This document shows, one piece after another, positions 49,180 through 58,127 of a stretch of DNA of 64,000 bases; positions within the stretch are counted from its first letter, which is position 1; each line of letters begins with the position of its first letter. Position numbers and translations under genes: made by a program. Under the pieces are notes generated by a model. The model searched no databases. It had not been told where the DNA came from and was given only the letters and a program-made list of their open reading frames with translations. This DNA comes from Oscillospiraceae bacterium (GTDB lineage Bacteria; Bacillota; Clostridia; Oscillospirales; UBA644): NCBI GenBank assembly GCA_902783255.1, contig CACZQB010000061.1:17859-81858 (forward strand), given 5' to 3'.

Positions 49180-49224
49180 CCAACACTTTATCGATTTACC
49201 ACTTTACCGAAATAAAGTATAGCT

Positions 49225-49253
49225 ATTTTAGCATATTTTTTCACGATTGTCAA
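49225..49253 (-). promoter_or_regulatory. sigma-A promoter of the his operon
   Basis: On the minus strand: TTGACA (49253-49248), 17-nt spacer, TAAAAT (49230-49225). Confidence 0.65.
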
Positions 49254-49307
49254 TCATAAAATAATGCTTTTAGAAAAAAGTTTACAAAATGACCGTCAGT
49301 TTCCGGC

Positions 49308-50048
49308 TCAAAATTCAAATACGGGACCGTCTTTACATACGCATTGCATTTTTCCGCCTATTTTCGTTGAACAGCAAAGACAAGTTCCTATACCGCATCC
49401 CATTCTTTCTTCAAAAGACGCATAGCATGGAATTTTGTTTTTTTCGGCAATGGAAATGATTTTTTCCATCATTACCATAGGACCGCATGTAATGATCTTA
49501 TCCGGCTTGTCGCCTTCTTCTATCATCTTTTCGAGACCCTGCGGAGTAAATCCTTTTTCTCCCGCCGTCCCGTCGTCTGTCATCAAAGCCACGTCACAGA
49601 CTTTCCTGAAATCGTCGATAAATCTGTCGTATGCGGCGTCACTGTTTCGAAATCCGAGTATCGCTTTTACGCTGCCGCAGTTTTTCGCTGCATACAGCAA
49701 AGGAAAACTGCCTATTCCTCCGCCTATAGCCACTACGTTTTCGTCTTTTTTCGATAATTCAAAGCCGTGTCCGAGAGGAGCGAGCATATCAACTATGTCG
49801 CCTTCGTCCTTTTCTGCGAGCGCCCTTGTTCCTTCGCCTCTGATCTCAAAAATAAATCTGAGTGAGTTTTCCGAAACATCGCATATGCTTATCGGCCTTC
49901 TCAAAAATGAATTTCCGCCGCAAAGTATATGCAAAAACTGACCCGGTTTGCAAATTTTTTTCGCATCAGGAAATGCAACAGTAAAATCTGTAAGGTTGTT
50001 ATACGTGTGTTTTTCTGTTATTTCGCAAAAATAATGATTTTTATTCAT
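49308..50048 (-). CDS. PyrK-like FAD/NAD-binding, 2Fe-2S electron-transfer subunit
   Basis: RPISICD (FAD-binding RxxS), GGGIGSFPL, and a C-terminal cluster CGIGTCLCC...C. No pyrD or other obvious catalytic partner is adjacent. Confidence 0.7.
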   Translation of the reverse strand: MNKNHYFCEITEKHTYNNLTDFTVAFPDAKKICKPGQFLHILCGGNSFLRRPISICDVSENSLRFIFEIRGEGTRALAEKDEGDIVDMLAPLGHGFELSKKDENVVAIGGGIGSFPLLYAAKNCGSVKAILGFRNSDAAYDRFIDDFRKVCDVALMTDDGTAGEKGFTPQGLEKMIEEGDKPDKIITCGPMVMMEKIISIAEKNKIPCYASFEERMGCGIGTCLCCSTKIGGKMQCVCKDGPVFEF

Positions 50049-50778
50049 TTTCTATCTCATATTTCTTTCCGCAGAATTTGCATACGATTTCGGCAGTTTT
50101 TCCCAGTGATTCCCGTTCGGAGACAGGAAGAGTTTCAAGTATCTTCTGTGCGCTTCTTCTTGAACAGTGGCATCCGAACTTAAGTTCACGTTCTCCGAGT
50201 TTTTCACAGCCTGCTTTGATCAGTTCTCCATCGTCAAGGGTCTTGAAAAAAGGCTTGATATCTTCCCATGTTTGTCTGAGGTCGGTAGCGCCGGGCAGCT
50301 CCTGAACAAAAACTCCGATCGTCGTTTTGCCGTCCCTAATTGCTTTCCATTTTGCGTTTCGCTGCATACTTTCAGAGATATATGCGTTTATCGTTCCCTG
50401 AACGTTTTTTCCGACGACCACGCTTACATATTCGCCGCCCACATCCGAATGTCTTGTAACTTCAAGAATCGTGTTGTCCGCCTCTTTTACCGGCTCGGAG
50501 GTTTCTATGTATGCGCACATGCGGCCGTCTCCGAATGCGGTTACCGCAATAGACTTTCCTGTCCTTGCCCATTTGAAACAGGCGGTCAGATATGTTTCGT
50601 TTTCTTTTTGTTCTGCTGCGAGTGCTGCCGTGAATGCCGCTGCGGTACCGAGCGATAAATAATCGCCGTTCGCTGAAATGCCTTGATTATTCGCTATTTC
50701 TTCACAGATCCCGTGAAGAGACGACACGATTATCGATGTATCGCCGTGTATATATCTTTGAATCGTTTCACTTTTCAT
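50041..50778 (-). CDS. hslO: Hsp33 family redox-regulated chaperone (short form)
   Basis: C-terminal zinc centre CHCS...CKFCGKKY. 245 aa, shorter than the usual ~290 aa. Confidence 0.7.
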   Translation of the reverse strand: MKSETIQRYIHGDTSIIVSSLHGICEEIANNQGISANGDYLSLGTAAAFTAALAAEQKENETYLTACFKWARTGKSIAVTAFGDGRMCAYIETSEPVKEADNTILEVTRHSDVGGEYVSVVVGKNVQGTINAYISESMQRNAKWKAIRDGKTTIGVFVQELPGATDLRQTWEDIKPFFKTLDDGELIKAGCEKLGERELKFGCHCSRRSAQKILETLPVSERESLGKTAEIVCKFCGKKYEIENE

Positions 50779-51508
50779 CCGTATTCTCCGTGTTATGCAT
50801 GAGTTGATTTTTTTCTTTCCGTGAAATATAAATATCTCTGCCCCTGAAAGGAAAAACGGTTATTGGAGTAAATCCCGATTGCATAAGTATCTTTTTCAAT
50901 TCGTTTCTCTTGTAAAGATTTTCTTTTATTACACAGTCATATCTGTCGTATTGTCCGTCTCTTTCCGAAAAAACGGTTATATAATTTGTCAGTCTGTCTT
51001 TTGTAAATGTACCGTCAAGAATAAGCGTTGACTTCTCTTTGTCCGTAACTCTTAAGCGAGCGGATCTTTTCATCATCGTTTCGGTCTTGACATCAAATAT
51101 AAAATAACCGCCCGGCTCGGTAAAGTTGATAAGTCTTCCGACAAACTTTGTCAGCTGATCTTTGGAAAGATGGTTTATCGTGTCAAGAGAGCAAAAGCAG
51201 AGATCGTATGCCCCGTAAAGATCTATTTTTTCAAGCGGCTGACATACAAGATGCGGCTCAAAACCGCTGTCCGATATTTTATCAGCGGCAATTTCAAGCA
51301 TTTCGGGTGAGATATCAACTCCGGTACACGAATATCCAATTTTTTCAAGCTTTGTAATCAGCGTTCCTGTTCCGCAGCCGCAATCGAGCACAAGACCTCT
51401 TTCGGGAAGAAACGGAGCTTTTTCAAATATACGCTCAATATATGCGGAATAATCAAAACCGTCCGTATACTCGTCGTAAATATCCGCTATCAGATCGTAT
51501 TGTGTCAT
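50768..51508 (-). CDS. class I SAM-dependent methyltransferase
   Basis: SAM motif [12 protein letters not shown]. 246 aa. Confidence 0.7.
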   Translation of the reverse strand: MTQYDLIADIYDEYTDGFDYSAYIERIFEKAPFLPERGLVLDCGCGTGTLITKLEKIGYSCTGVDISPEMLEIAADKISDSGFEPHLVCQPLEKIDLYGAYDLCFCSLDTINHLSKDQLTKFVGRLINFTEPGGYFIFDVKTETMMKRSARLRVTDKEKSTLILDGTFTKDRLTNYITVFSERDGQYDRYDCVIKENLYKRNELKKILMQSGFTPITVFPFRGRDIYISRKEKNQLMHNTENTDEK

Positions 51509-53313
51509 TCGTCAAATTTCAGAACAGACATAAACGCCTCCTGGCTCAGTTCAACCGTGCCGAATGAGCGCATTCTCTTCTTTCCTTCCTTCTGCTTTTC
51601 AAGCAGCTTCTTTTTCCTCGTTATATCTCCGCCGTAACACTTTGCCAAAACGTCTTTTCTAAGCGCTTTTACGGTTTCTCTTGCAATTATCTTTCCACCT
51701 ACGGCAGCCTGTATGGGTATTTCAAAAAGTTGCCTCGGAATGTTTTCTTTCAGCCTTTCAGCGATCTTTCTGCCTCTTGAATATGCCCTGTCTGAATGAA
51801 CGATAAACGACAGCGCATCTACTATATCGCCGTTGAGCAGAATATCAAGTTTTACAAGTTTGCTTTCTTTATATTCCTCAAATTCATAGTCAAGAGAGGC
51901 ATAGCCTCTTGTACGTGACTTCAAAGCGTCAAAAAAATCATAAATGATCTCATTGAGCGGCAGACTGTAATGCAGATTGACCCTTGATTCGTCAATATAC
52001 GTCATGTTTTTGAATACTCCGCGTCTTTCAGTGCAAAGATCCATAACAGTGCCTATAAATTCGGTAGGAGAGAAAATATCGGCTTTTACGAACGGCTCAT
52101 ACGCTGTCATGATTTCGGAAGGGGAGGGGTAAGCTGAAGGATTTGAAATATATTCCTCCTCACCCGACGTTCGTTTTATTTTGTATATAACGCTCGGCGC
52201 TGTGGTTATAAGATCAAGATTGTATTCTCTTTCAAGGCGTTCCTGTATTATCTCCATGTGCAGAAGACCGAGAAAACCGCAGCGAAAACCGAATCCAAGA
52301 GCAACAGACGACTCTTTTTCAAATGAAAGCGAGGCGTCATTGAGCTGAAGCTTTTCAAGAGCTTCTCTGAGATCTTCATATTTGGCTCCGTCCGCAGGAT
52401 ATACACCCGAAAATACCATCGGCTGAACCTGCTTGTATCCTGGCATCGGCTCCGAACATGGATTATCGGCATTCGTAACCGTATCGCCTACACGGGTATC
52501 ACGCACGGTTTTTATCGACGCCATTATGTAGCCTACTTCGCCTGCTTCAATAATGTCTTCTTTTTCAAAACCGAACGGTCTGAGACATCCTGTTTCAACT
52601 ACTTCAAATTCCGCACCGGTAGACATCATTCTTATCTTGTCTCCCGCTTTCAGCGTGCCGTCAAATACACGGACATATACAATAACCCCGCGGTAAGAAT
52701 CATAAATACTGTCAAAAATCAGGGCGCGAAGAGGAGCATTCCTGTCGCCTTTGGGCGCGGGTATATCCGTTACGATTCTTTCGAGTATCTCTTCGCAGTT
52801 CTCTCCCGTTTTAGCTGATACTTTAGGCGCTGTCTGGGCAGGAATGCCGATCGTATCTTCAATTTCCTTTATTACTCTGTCCGGATCTGCCGACGGAAGA
52901 TCTATTTTGTTTATGACAGGCATTATCTCAAGATCGTTGTCTACTGCGAGATATGTGTTTGCGAGCGTCTGAGCTTCTATGCCCTGAGATGCGTCAACAA
53001 CAAGAACCGCCCCCTCGCACGCAACGAGAGAGCGTGATACTTCGTAATTGAAATCCACATGACCCGGGGTATCTATAAGATTGAATGTATATGTCTTCCC
53101 GTCTTTTGCGTTGTACAGCATTTTTACCGCACGGGCTTTTATTGTTATTCCGCGCTCTCTTTCAAGGTCCATATTGTCAAGAAGCTGTTCTTCCATGTCC
53201 CTGTCTGCAACGGTCTTTGTCAGTTGCAAAAGACGGTCCGCAAGCGTGGATTTTCCGTGATCTATATGTGCAATTATAGAAAAATTGCGTATGAGACTAA
53301 TATCGTTTGTCAT
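51505..53313 (-). CDS. lepA: translation elongation factor 4
   Basis: [30 protein letters not shown], and the LepA-specific C-terminal domain. 602 aa. Confidence 0.95.
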   Translation of the reverse strand: MTNDISLIRNFSIIAHIDHGKSTLADRLLQLTKTVADRDMEEQLLDNMDLERERGITIKARAVKMLYNAKDGKTYTFNLIDTPGHVDFNYEVSRSLVACEGAVLVVDASQGIEAQTLANTYLAVDNDLEIMPVINKIDLPSADPDRVIKEIEDTIGIPAQTAPKVSAKTGENCEEILERIVTDIPAPKGDRNAPLRALIFDSIYDSYRGVIVYVRVFDGTLKAGDKIRMMSTGAEFEVVETGCLRPFGFEKEDIIEAGEVGYIMASIKTVRDTRVGDTVTNADNPCSEPMPGYKQVQPMVFSGVYPADGAKYEDLREALEKLQLNDASLSFEKESSVALGFGFRCGFLGLLHMEIIQERLEREYNLDLITTAPSVIYKIKRTSGEEEYISNPSAYPSPSEIMTAYEPFVKADIFSPTEFIGTVMDLCTERRGVFKNMTYIDESRVNLHYSLPLNEIIYDFFDALKSRTRGYASLDYEFEEYKESKLVKLDILLNGDIVDALSFIVHSDRAYSRGRKIAERLKENIPRQLFEIPIQAAVGGKIIARETVKALRKDVLAKCYGGDITRKKKLLEKQKEGKKRMRSFGTVELSQEAFMSVLKFDE

Positions 53314-53368
53314 ATTTCACCTGTGCGGACGCCTGCCCGCATTATATGATTTCAAATAATTATATAAA

Positions 53369-53589
53369 GAATTTCCCGCACGGCCGTGGGGAGAACACAT
53401 AAAAACGTGTAATTCCGAGGCAAATTTAAGCCCTGCTTAAAAAGTGGGTTGATTCCTCTCCGCTGTTTTGTGCTCCCAACGTTCGGATCATCTCCGAGAG
53501 GTCTGCTCCCCCGCAGCGGAAGGCGGAATCCCAACAAACAGGTGTAGGTTTTAATTATACCTGCGGAACACGAACCGCGCAGGAAATTC
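53369..53589 (-). ncRNA. structured small RNA candidate, 6S-like architecture
   Basis: The minus-strand 5' end GAAUUUCCUGCGCGGUUCGUG pairs with the 3' end CACGGCCGUGCGGGAAAUUC, giving 20 bp including 4 G-U pairs and 1 bulge. On the plus strand those positions would be C-A mismatches. There is also an internal long imperfect helix (CCGCUG 53519-53514 / CAGCGG 53465-53460, extended by CCUU/AGAGG, AUU/AAU, GGG/CCC) and a perfect hairpin UUAAGC-AGG-GCUUAA (53440-53426). The only ORF is a 61-aa, G/R/P/L-rich one in the same region (53352-53537, minus). Confidence 0.45.
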
Positions 53590-53591
53590 GT

Positions 53592-53882
53592 TTAATCTAT
53601 ATCTTCAATTTCAAATTCGTCGTCAAGATGCTGTTCAAGCATTTCAAGAACCTTGTTGAATTCATCCTCGTCTTCTATAGAGGCAAGGATCGCATCGTCG
53701 CCTTCGGTTTCGTCTACTCTGAGAATGGTAAACTCACATTCATCGTCGTCGTAATGCTCCTGCTCAACAAGCGCAAGATAATCTTTTCCGTTGTATTCAA
53801 CACCGTCTACAACAACAAAATCAATTTCATTGCCGTCTTCATCAGTCAGCGTTATTATTTCATCTCTTTCGATGTCGGACAT
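53592..53882 (-). CDS. DUF1292 domain protein
   Basis: ITLTDEDGNEIDFVVVDGVEYNGKDYLALVE is a typical DUF1292 sequence. 96 aa and very acidic. Confidence 0.8.
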   Translation of the reverse strand: MSDIERDEIITLTDEDGNEIDFVVVDGVEYNGKDYLALVEQEHYDDDECEFTILRVDETEGDDAILASIEDEDEFNKVLEMLEQHLDDEFEIEDID

Positions 53883-54064
53883 ATCGTTCTCCTGTTTTTT
53901 ATTAATCTTTTGTCTATATATTCCCTTATATTATAATAATACACTAAAATGTTCATCTTGTCAATCACTTTTTAAAAAACATTTTTTATTTTTTAATATT
54001 ATTACATTGTTGATATTCGTTCATTGAGTTCACAAAAATATCACAAAAATCCGAAAAAAGAGTA

Positions 54065-54093
54065 TTGACAAATCCGTTCGTTTAGTGTATACT
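54065..54093 (+). promoter_or_regulatory. sigma-A promoter of the tRNA-Met/tRNA-Glu pair
   Basis: TTGACA 54065-54070, 17-nt spacer, TATACT 54088-54093. Confidence 0.65.
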
Positions 54094-54139
54094 ATATAAG
54101 CTGTCTGATATCTGTATCAGATTTCAGGAGAGCTGGTAT

Positions 54140-54216
54140 GGCGGAATAGCTCAGTTGGCTAGAGCATACGGTTCATACCCGTACGGTCGCCGGTTCAAAT
54201 CCAGCTTCCGCTACCA
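54140..54216 (+). tRNA. tRNA-Met (anticodon CAU, elongator-like loop TTCATAC)
   Basis: Hand-folded: acceptor GGCGGAA/TTCCGCT (G1-U72), D-arm GCTC..GAGC, anticodon stem TACGG/CCGTA, T-loop TTCAAAT (one mismatch in the T-stem), and an encoded CCA. A lysidine-modified tRNA-Ile2 cannot be excluded. Confidence 0.8.
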
Positions 54217-54219
54217 TTC

Positions 54220-54294
54220 GGCCCGTTAGTCAAGCGGTTAAGACACGGCCCTTTCACGGCTGGGGCAGCAGTTCGATTCTGCTACGGGTCACCA
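54220..54294 (+). tRNA. tRNA-Glu (anticodon UUC)
   Basis: Nearly identical in pattern to Bacillus tRNA-Glu (GGCCCGTT.GTCAAGCGGTTAAGACAC...CTTTCAC...TTCGA.TC...ACGGGTCACCA). Confidence 0.9.
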
Positions 54295-54301
54295 TAATTC
54301 A

Positions 54302-54336
54302 AAATCCGGATTGTTTGTAACAATCCGGATTTTTCT
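54302..54336. terminator. intrinsic terminator after the tRNA pair (also faces the MATE gene end)
   Basis: AAATCCGGATTGTT 54302-54315 pairs with AACAATCCGGATTT 54320-54333, followed by a T run. Confidence 0.8.
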
Positions 54337-54351
54337 GCGTATACTGTCGTT

Positions 54352-55728
54352 TCAATCTCTCGTCACATTCCGTATCCACTTGTTTCCGCGAAGTCTGATA
54401 AATGCGATTATCCACTTAAAGCACTGGTCTATTCGTGTGCAGAGATAAACAAGCGGCAGCGTAAACAGGGGGTGCCATTCGTTCAGGTACCCTGCTGCGG
54501 CAAGCGCGGAAAGAGGAACGACAACAAGCCATCCGCATATCATATCCACAAGAAAAACAAATCGGCTGTCTCCCGCTCCGCGATTGATACCCGTAAAACA
54601 CGCCATATGGTAACTTGTTCCTATCAGAGATACGGCGCCAATAGCAAGCAGCTGCATGGCAAGGTCCCTTGTTTGTTGTGAAATATTAGAGTAAAGCGAA
54701 ACGGGGAACGCACGCGATGTAAACACGAGCAGACCCATAATAATACCGACTGCGGCAAAAATGATTTCAATGCTGCGCGAATACTCTTTCGTTTTTTCAA
54801 AATTGTTAACGCCAACGGTTTTGCCTATTATTACGCAGGCGCCTGCGGCAAGCCCGTTTGCAAAAATAAGCCCCAGCTGCATAACAACATCGGTTATTGA
54901 AACTGCAGCCATCATTTCAACGGTCAGCCGACCTATGATCACCGCCTTTACAACTCCCACAAGCCCCCATTGCACGTCGCCGACTATAACCGGAATACCG
55001 TATCTGAAAAAGTCTTTCCACATCGCTCTTTCGGCATAAAAAAGATCTTTTGCATGAACGGAAAGCTTTTTCTGTCCCTTAAAGAAGAACAGCATTACGA
55101 TTATCAGCTCTGTTCCTCTCGCAATTACCGTTGCCAGAGCAGCTCCGCGAACACCCATAGCAGGCAGGCCGAGCTTTCCGAAAATAAGAATGTAGTTTCC
55201 ACCGAGATTTGTAAAGAATGAGATTATAGAAACTATAAATGTTATTTTTACTATCTCAACACATCTGAGCATTGCAATAAAAGTATCGGAAACGGCAAAA
55301 AGAATATATGAAAAACATGCGATCTTTATGTATGATGTTGCCTCAGAGAGGATTTCAGTATTATTTGAGAAAAATTTAACAACATGATTGGGAAAAATAA
55401 ATACTAAAAGTGTTACGGATCCTGCAAGTATCACTGTAGTGATAAAAGTCATCGCAAAAATCTGTTTTATCCTTCCGGTATCCTTTTTGCCCCAGTATTG
55501 CGATATGAGCAATGCTGCGCCGCCCGATATTCCCCGGACAAAAAAAGTAAAAAATACTGTGACCTGATTTGCCTGAGATACAGCGGAAAGAGAAATATCT
55601 CCAAGCGAACCTACCATAACATTGTCCAGCATTACAACTGCAAGCGAGATCAGCTGCTGAAGCGCTACGGGCAATGCGATCGTGAACATCGTTTTATAAA
55701 ACGATCTGTCTTTTGTTAAAATACTCAT
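54352..55728 (-). CDS. MATE family efflux transporter
   Basis: 458 aa with 12 TM segments and a MATE-like N-terminus (FTIALPVALQQLISLAVVMLDNVMVGSLG). Confidence 0.85.
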   Translation of the reverse strand: MSILTKDRSFYKTMFTIALPVALQQLISLAVVMLDNVMVGSLGDISLSAVSQANQVTVFFTFFVRGISGGAALLISQYWGKKDTGRIKQIFAMTFITTVILAGSVTLLVFIFPNHVVKFFSNNTEILSEATSYIKIACFSYILFAVSDTFIAMLRCVEIVKITFIVSIISFFTNLGGNYILIFGKLGLPAMGVRGAALATVIARGTELIIVMLFFFKGQKKLSVHAKDLFYAERAMWKDFFRYGIPVIVGDVQWGLVGVVKAVIIGRLTVEMMAAVSITDVVMQLGLIFANGLAAGACVIIGKTVGVNNFEKTKEYSRSIEIIFAAVGIIMGLLVFTSRAFPVSLYSNISQQTRDLAMQLLAIGAVSLIGTSYHMACFTGINRGAGDSRFVFLVDMICGWLVVVPLSALAAAGYLNEWHPLFTLPLVYLCTRIDQCFKWIIAFIRLRGNKWIRNVTRD

Positions 55729-55737
55729 TTATTACAG

Positions 55738-56886
55738 TCAATATCTTCCGTATGTCTGAATTGCAGCCATTACTACTCTCATGCTCGTCAGAAGACTTCC
55801 GTTGTTTATACTGCCCGCGGTAGACACCAGAAGACCTCTTATGTCCCCTTCTTTTGCAGCTTCGCAGTCACGTTTTACTTCAGCTATTATATCGTCTTCA
55901 TTGTTCCGCATAAACGTAAAAGGTGCGATCTGACCGTCTATTCGTGTTTTTTTCATATATTTGCGTATATCTCTGACCATTACGGTAGGGCCGAAATTGC
56001 AACCCGTAAGATTAAAATCCGCGAGCAGGGGAATAAGATGCCCCATAGCGGAATCCGAGTGCTGATACCTTTGATCTCCAGGGTTCGGCGCATACTTTTC
56101 AAACATCGCTTTGAGTGTGGGATAACCGAGCAGTTTGTACATTTCCGGCGTCAGCAGGTTGCTGTCGTCATCGTTGAACCAGTATCCGTGCGGAAAGTTA
56201 TCCGGCGTATATCCTGCCTCAACTATAAATAAGTCTGCAAACGCTTCGAGCACTCTTGTTATCGTATCTCCGAACCGTTTGAACAGTCCTTCGTCGTCAT
56301 AGTAAAGAAAAAGCAGGTTTTCGGTGCCGTAAACACTTGTTGCAAGAGTTACGGGTCCCCTTATCCCGTTTGCAAGACCGGGACGTCTGCCCGTTGTTTC
56401 AAAAACGATCCTGCATTTTTCGTCCCAGTCAGGAGGAAGGACAAAAGAACGGAAACGCTCTTTATCTGCAAGTAAAAAATCAATTTCATCAAGCTTCTTT
56501 TTCAGGTCTTCTGCGTCATTCAGAGTCCCTCTCAGCCACGTTGTGTTGCCGTCAAACACATACTTGCCTCCGAAAACTTCACCTATTTGCTTTCTTTCGG
56601 GCAGCTTCGGTAGTAAATCCTGTTTCGGATCTGGCTTTCTTTCTGAAAGCAGCGGCCTTCCTACGATCTTTATCGCCTTTTCATTATATCTGCAGTTAAG
56701 ATCGTATCTTCTTTGCGGGTCGGTATATCCCCATGGCTGTCCCTCTTCCCCCAGTTCGGCAAAAACACATTCGTCGCTCATGCGAATACCGAGCGCCGCC
56801 TGCTTTGCCTTTTTTGAAAAACAGTTTTCTTCCCTTGCAGTTTCTTCGTCTTTCCAGAATTGTTCAATGTCAAGATCAAGCTTCAT
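55738..56886 (-). CDS. uroporphyrinogen decarboxylase (URO-D/MtaA-like) family protein, function unknown
   Basis: IRGPVTLATSVYGTENLLFL and NDDDSNLLTPEMY...QHSDSAMGHLIPLLAD resemble URO-D superfamily blocks. The assignment is tentative. Confidence 0.45.
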   Translation of the reverse strand: MKLDLDIEQFWKDEETAREENCFSKKAKQAALGIRMSDECVFAELGEEGQPWGYTDPQRRYDLNCRYNEKAIKIVGRPLLSERKPDPKQDLLPKLPERKQIGEVFGGKYVFDGNTTWLRGTLNDAEDLKKKLDEIDFLLADKERFRSFVLPPDWDEKCRIVFETTGRRPGLANGIRGPVTLATSVYGTENLLFLYYDDEGLFKRFGDTITRVLEAFADLFIVEAGYTPDNFPHGYWFNDDDSNLLTPEMYKLLGYPTLKAMFEKYAPNPGDQRYQHSDSAMGHLIPLLADFNLTGCNFGPTVMVRDIRKYMKKTRIDGQIAPFTFMRNNEDDIIAEVKRDCEAAKEGDIRGLLVSTAGSINNGSLLTSMRVVMAAIQTYGRY

Positions 56887-56933
56887 TGTTCCCGAGCCCT
56901 TTCATTTTCTTATTCTTTATCTTCGTTTTGCCA

Positions 56934-57515
56934 TCATACCGAGCTGATAAGATGGTCAACTAAAATTTTGATGCCTATTATAATAAGAACAACTCCTCCT
57001 GCTATCTGCGACTTGTCCTTCAGCAGTTCGCCTGTTTTTGCTCCGATATAAACACCGCCAAATGTTATAATAAATGTTGTGACCCCTATAATGCTTACCG
57101 CTTCAGCAAGCGAAACATTCAGAAAAGCAAGCGTCACTCCTACCGCCAAAGCGTCTATACTTGTTGCTATCGCGAGTAAAAACAGCTCTTTTATATCAAT
57201 ATTGTTTTTATAACTTTCAGCTTCACCTTTTTGTCTTATAACATCATATATCATCTTTCCGCCCAGAAAAGCGAGAAGGACAAAGGCGATCCAGTGGTCA
57301 TATGTCTTGATCACACTTTCAAACTGCTTCCCGAGCAACCATCCTATAAACGGCATCAAAGCCTGAAATCCGCCGAAAAACAGTCCGATCAGCGCGGCGT
57401 TGCGGATTTTAGGTTTTTTTATGACCATACCTTTGCAAACGGATACAGCGAATGCGTCCATTGCAAGCGCAACTCCGAGTAACAACAACTCAAAAAAACT
57501 CAAATCATGCCTCAC
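56934..57515 (-). CDS. mntP: manganese efflux pump MntP
   Basis: LALAMDAFAVS and the duplicated motif IATSIDALAVG. 193 aa with 6 TM segments. Confidence 0.85.
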   Translation of the reverse strand: MRHDLSFFELLLLGVALAMDAFAVSVCKGMVIKKPKIRNAALIGLFFGGFQALMPFIGWLLGKQFESVIKTYDHWIAFVLLAFLGGKMIYDVIRQKGEAESYKNNIDIKELFLLAIATSIDALAVGVTLAFLNVSLAEAVSIIGVTTFIITFGGVYIGAKTGELLKDKSQIAGGVVLIIIGIKILVDHLISSV

Positions 57516-57631
57516 ACTGTAATATTTTTATGTCAACAACACGTACAATTGAAAAAAAAGTCTTGACATTTTACGATTTTTGTTATATACTGTAAAAAAC
57601 CAAAAAAAATATATATAAAGGAGAAAAAACT

Positions 57632-58081
57632 ATGAAATACTGTGCAAAATGCGGCACCCAGATGGAAGATAACCTTACATTCTGTCCCAACTGCGGAACT
57701 CCGACCGGAGCAGCAGCTGCGCCTGCAGCCGCAACCGTAATAAATGCAACCGATCACACCGCTGAATTTGATCCGAAGGATATATCCGATAACAAGGTAG
57801 TAGCTATGCTGCCTTATATCACATCTCTTTTAGGTGTTATTGTTGCTGCTCTTCTGTCAAAAGATTCTCCGTATGTTGCTTTCCACATCAGACAGGCTCT
57901 TAAGCTTATGGTATGCCAGATGATCTGCTGTGTTGCATTTATTATTCCTTTTCTCGGTTGGATTGCCGGAGGTATATGCCTTGCGATCATTTCAGTTCTT
58001 CAGATAATTGCTTTCTTCCAGGTTTGCGGAGGCAAAGCTAAAGAACCTGCAATTATAAGCAGTCTTGGTTTCCTCAAATAA
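57632..58081 (+). CDS. zinc-ribbon plus DUF4870-like membrane protein
   Basis: N-terminal zinc ribbon MKYCAKCGTQMEDNLTFCPNCG, then TM helices. RBS is AAAGGAG. Confidence 0.6.
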   Translation: MKYCAKCGTQMEDNLTFCPNCGTPTGAAAAPAAATVINATDHTAEFDPKDISDNKVVAMLPYITSLLGVIVAALLSKDSPYVAFHIRQALKLMVCQMICCVAFIIPFLGWIAGGICLAIISVLQIIAFFQVCGGKAKEPAIISSLGFLK

Positions 58082-58099
58082 TCAATGATTATATTTTCG

Positions 58100-58127
58100 C
58101 AGCGGTCGTAAGACCGCTGTTTTTTTA
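58100..58127 (+). terminator. intrinsic terminator
   Basis: CAGCGGTC 58100-58107 pairs with GACCGCTG 58112-58119, followed by T8. Confidence 0.75.

Noticed and set aside
49180-49307. A His leader peptide or T-box upstream of the his operon.
   Set aside because: The leader after the promoter is only about 50 nt, with no run of His codons and no terminator or antiterminator.
53558-53584. The hairpin CCUGCG-N11-CGCAGG read as the terminator of the DUF1292 gene.
   Set aside because: It has no U-tract. Its 5' half participates in the much longer 20-bp closing helix of the RNA candidate, so I treat it as an alternative local fold at most.
57516-57631. A possible yybP-ykoY manganese riboswitch upstream of mntP.
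   Set aside because: The spacer is only 116 nt, extremely AT-rich and without the GC-rich four-way junction sequences. Most of it is taken by the TTGACA-17-TATACT promoter and RBS of the divergent gene at 57632.
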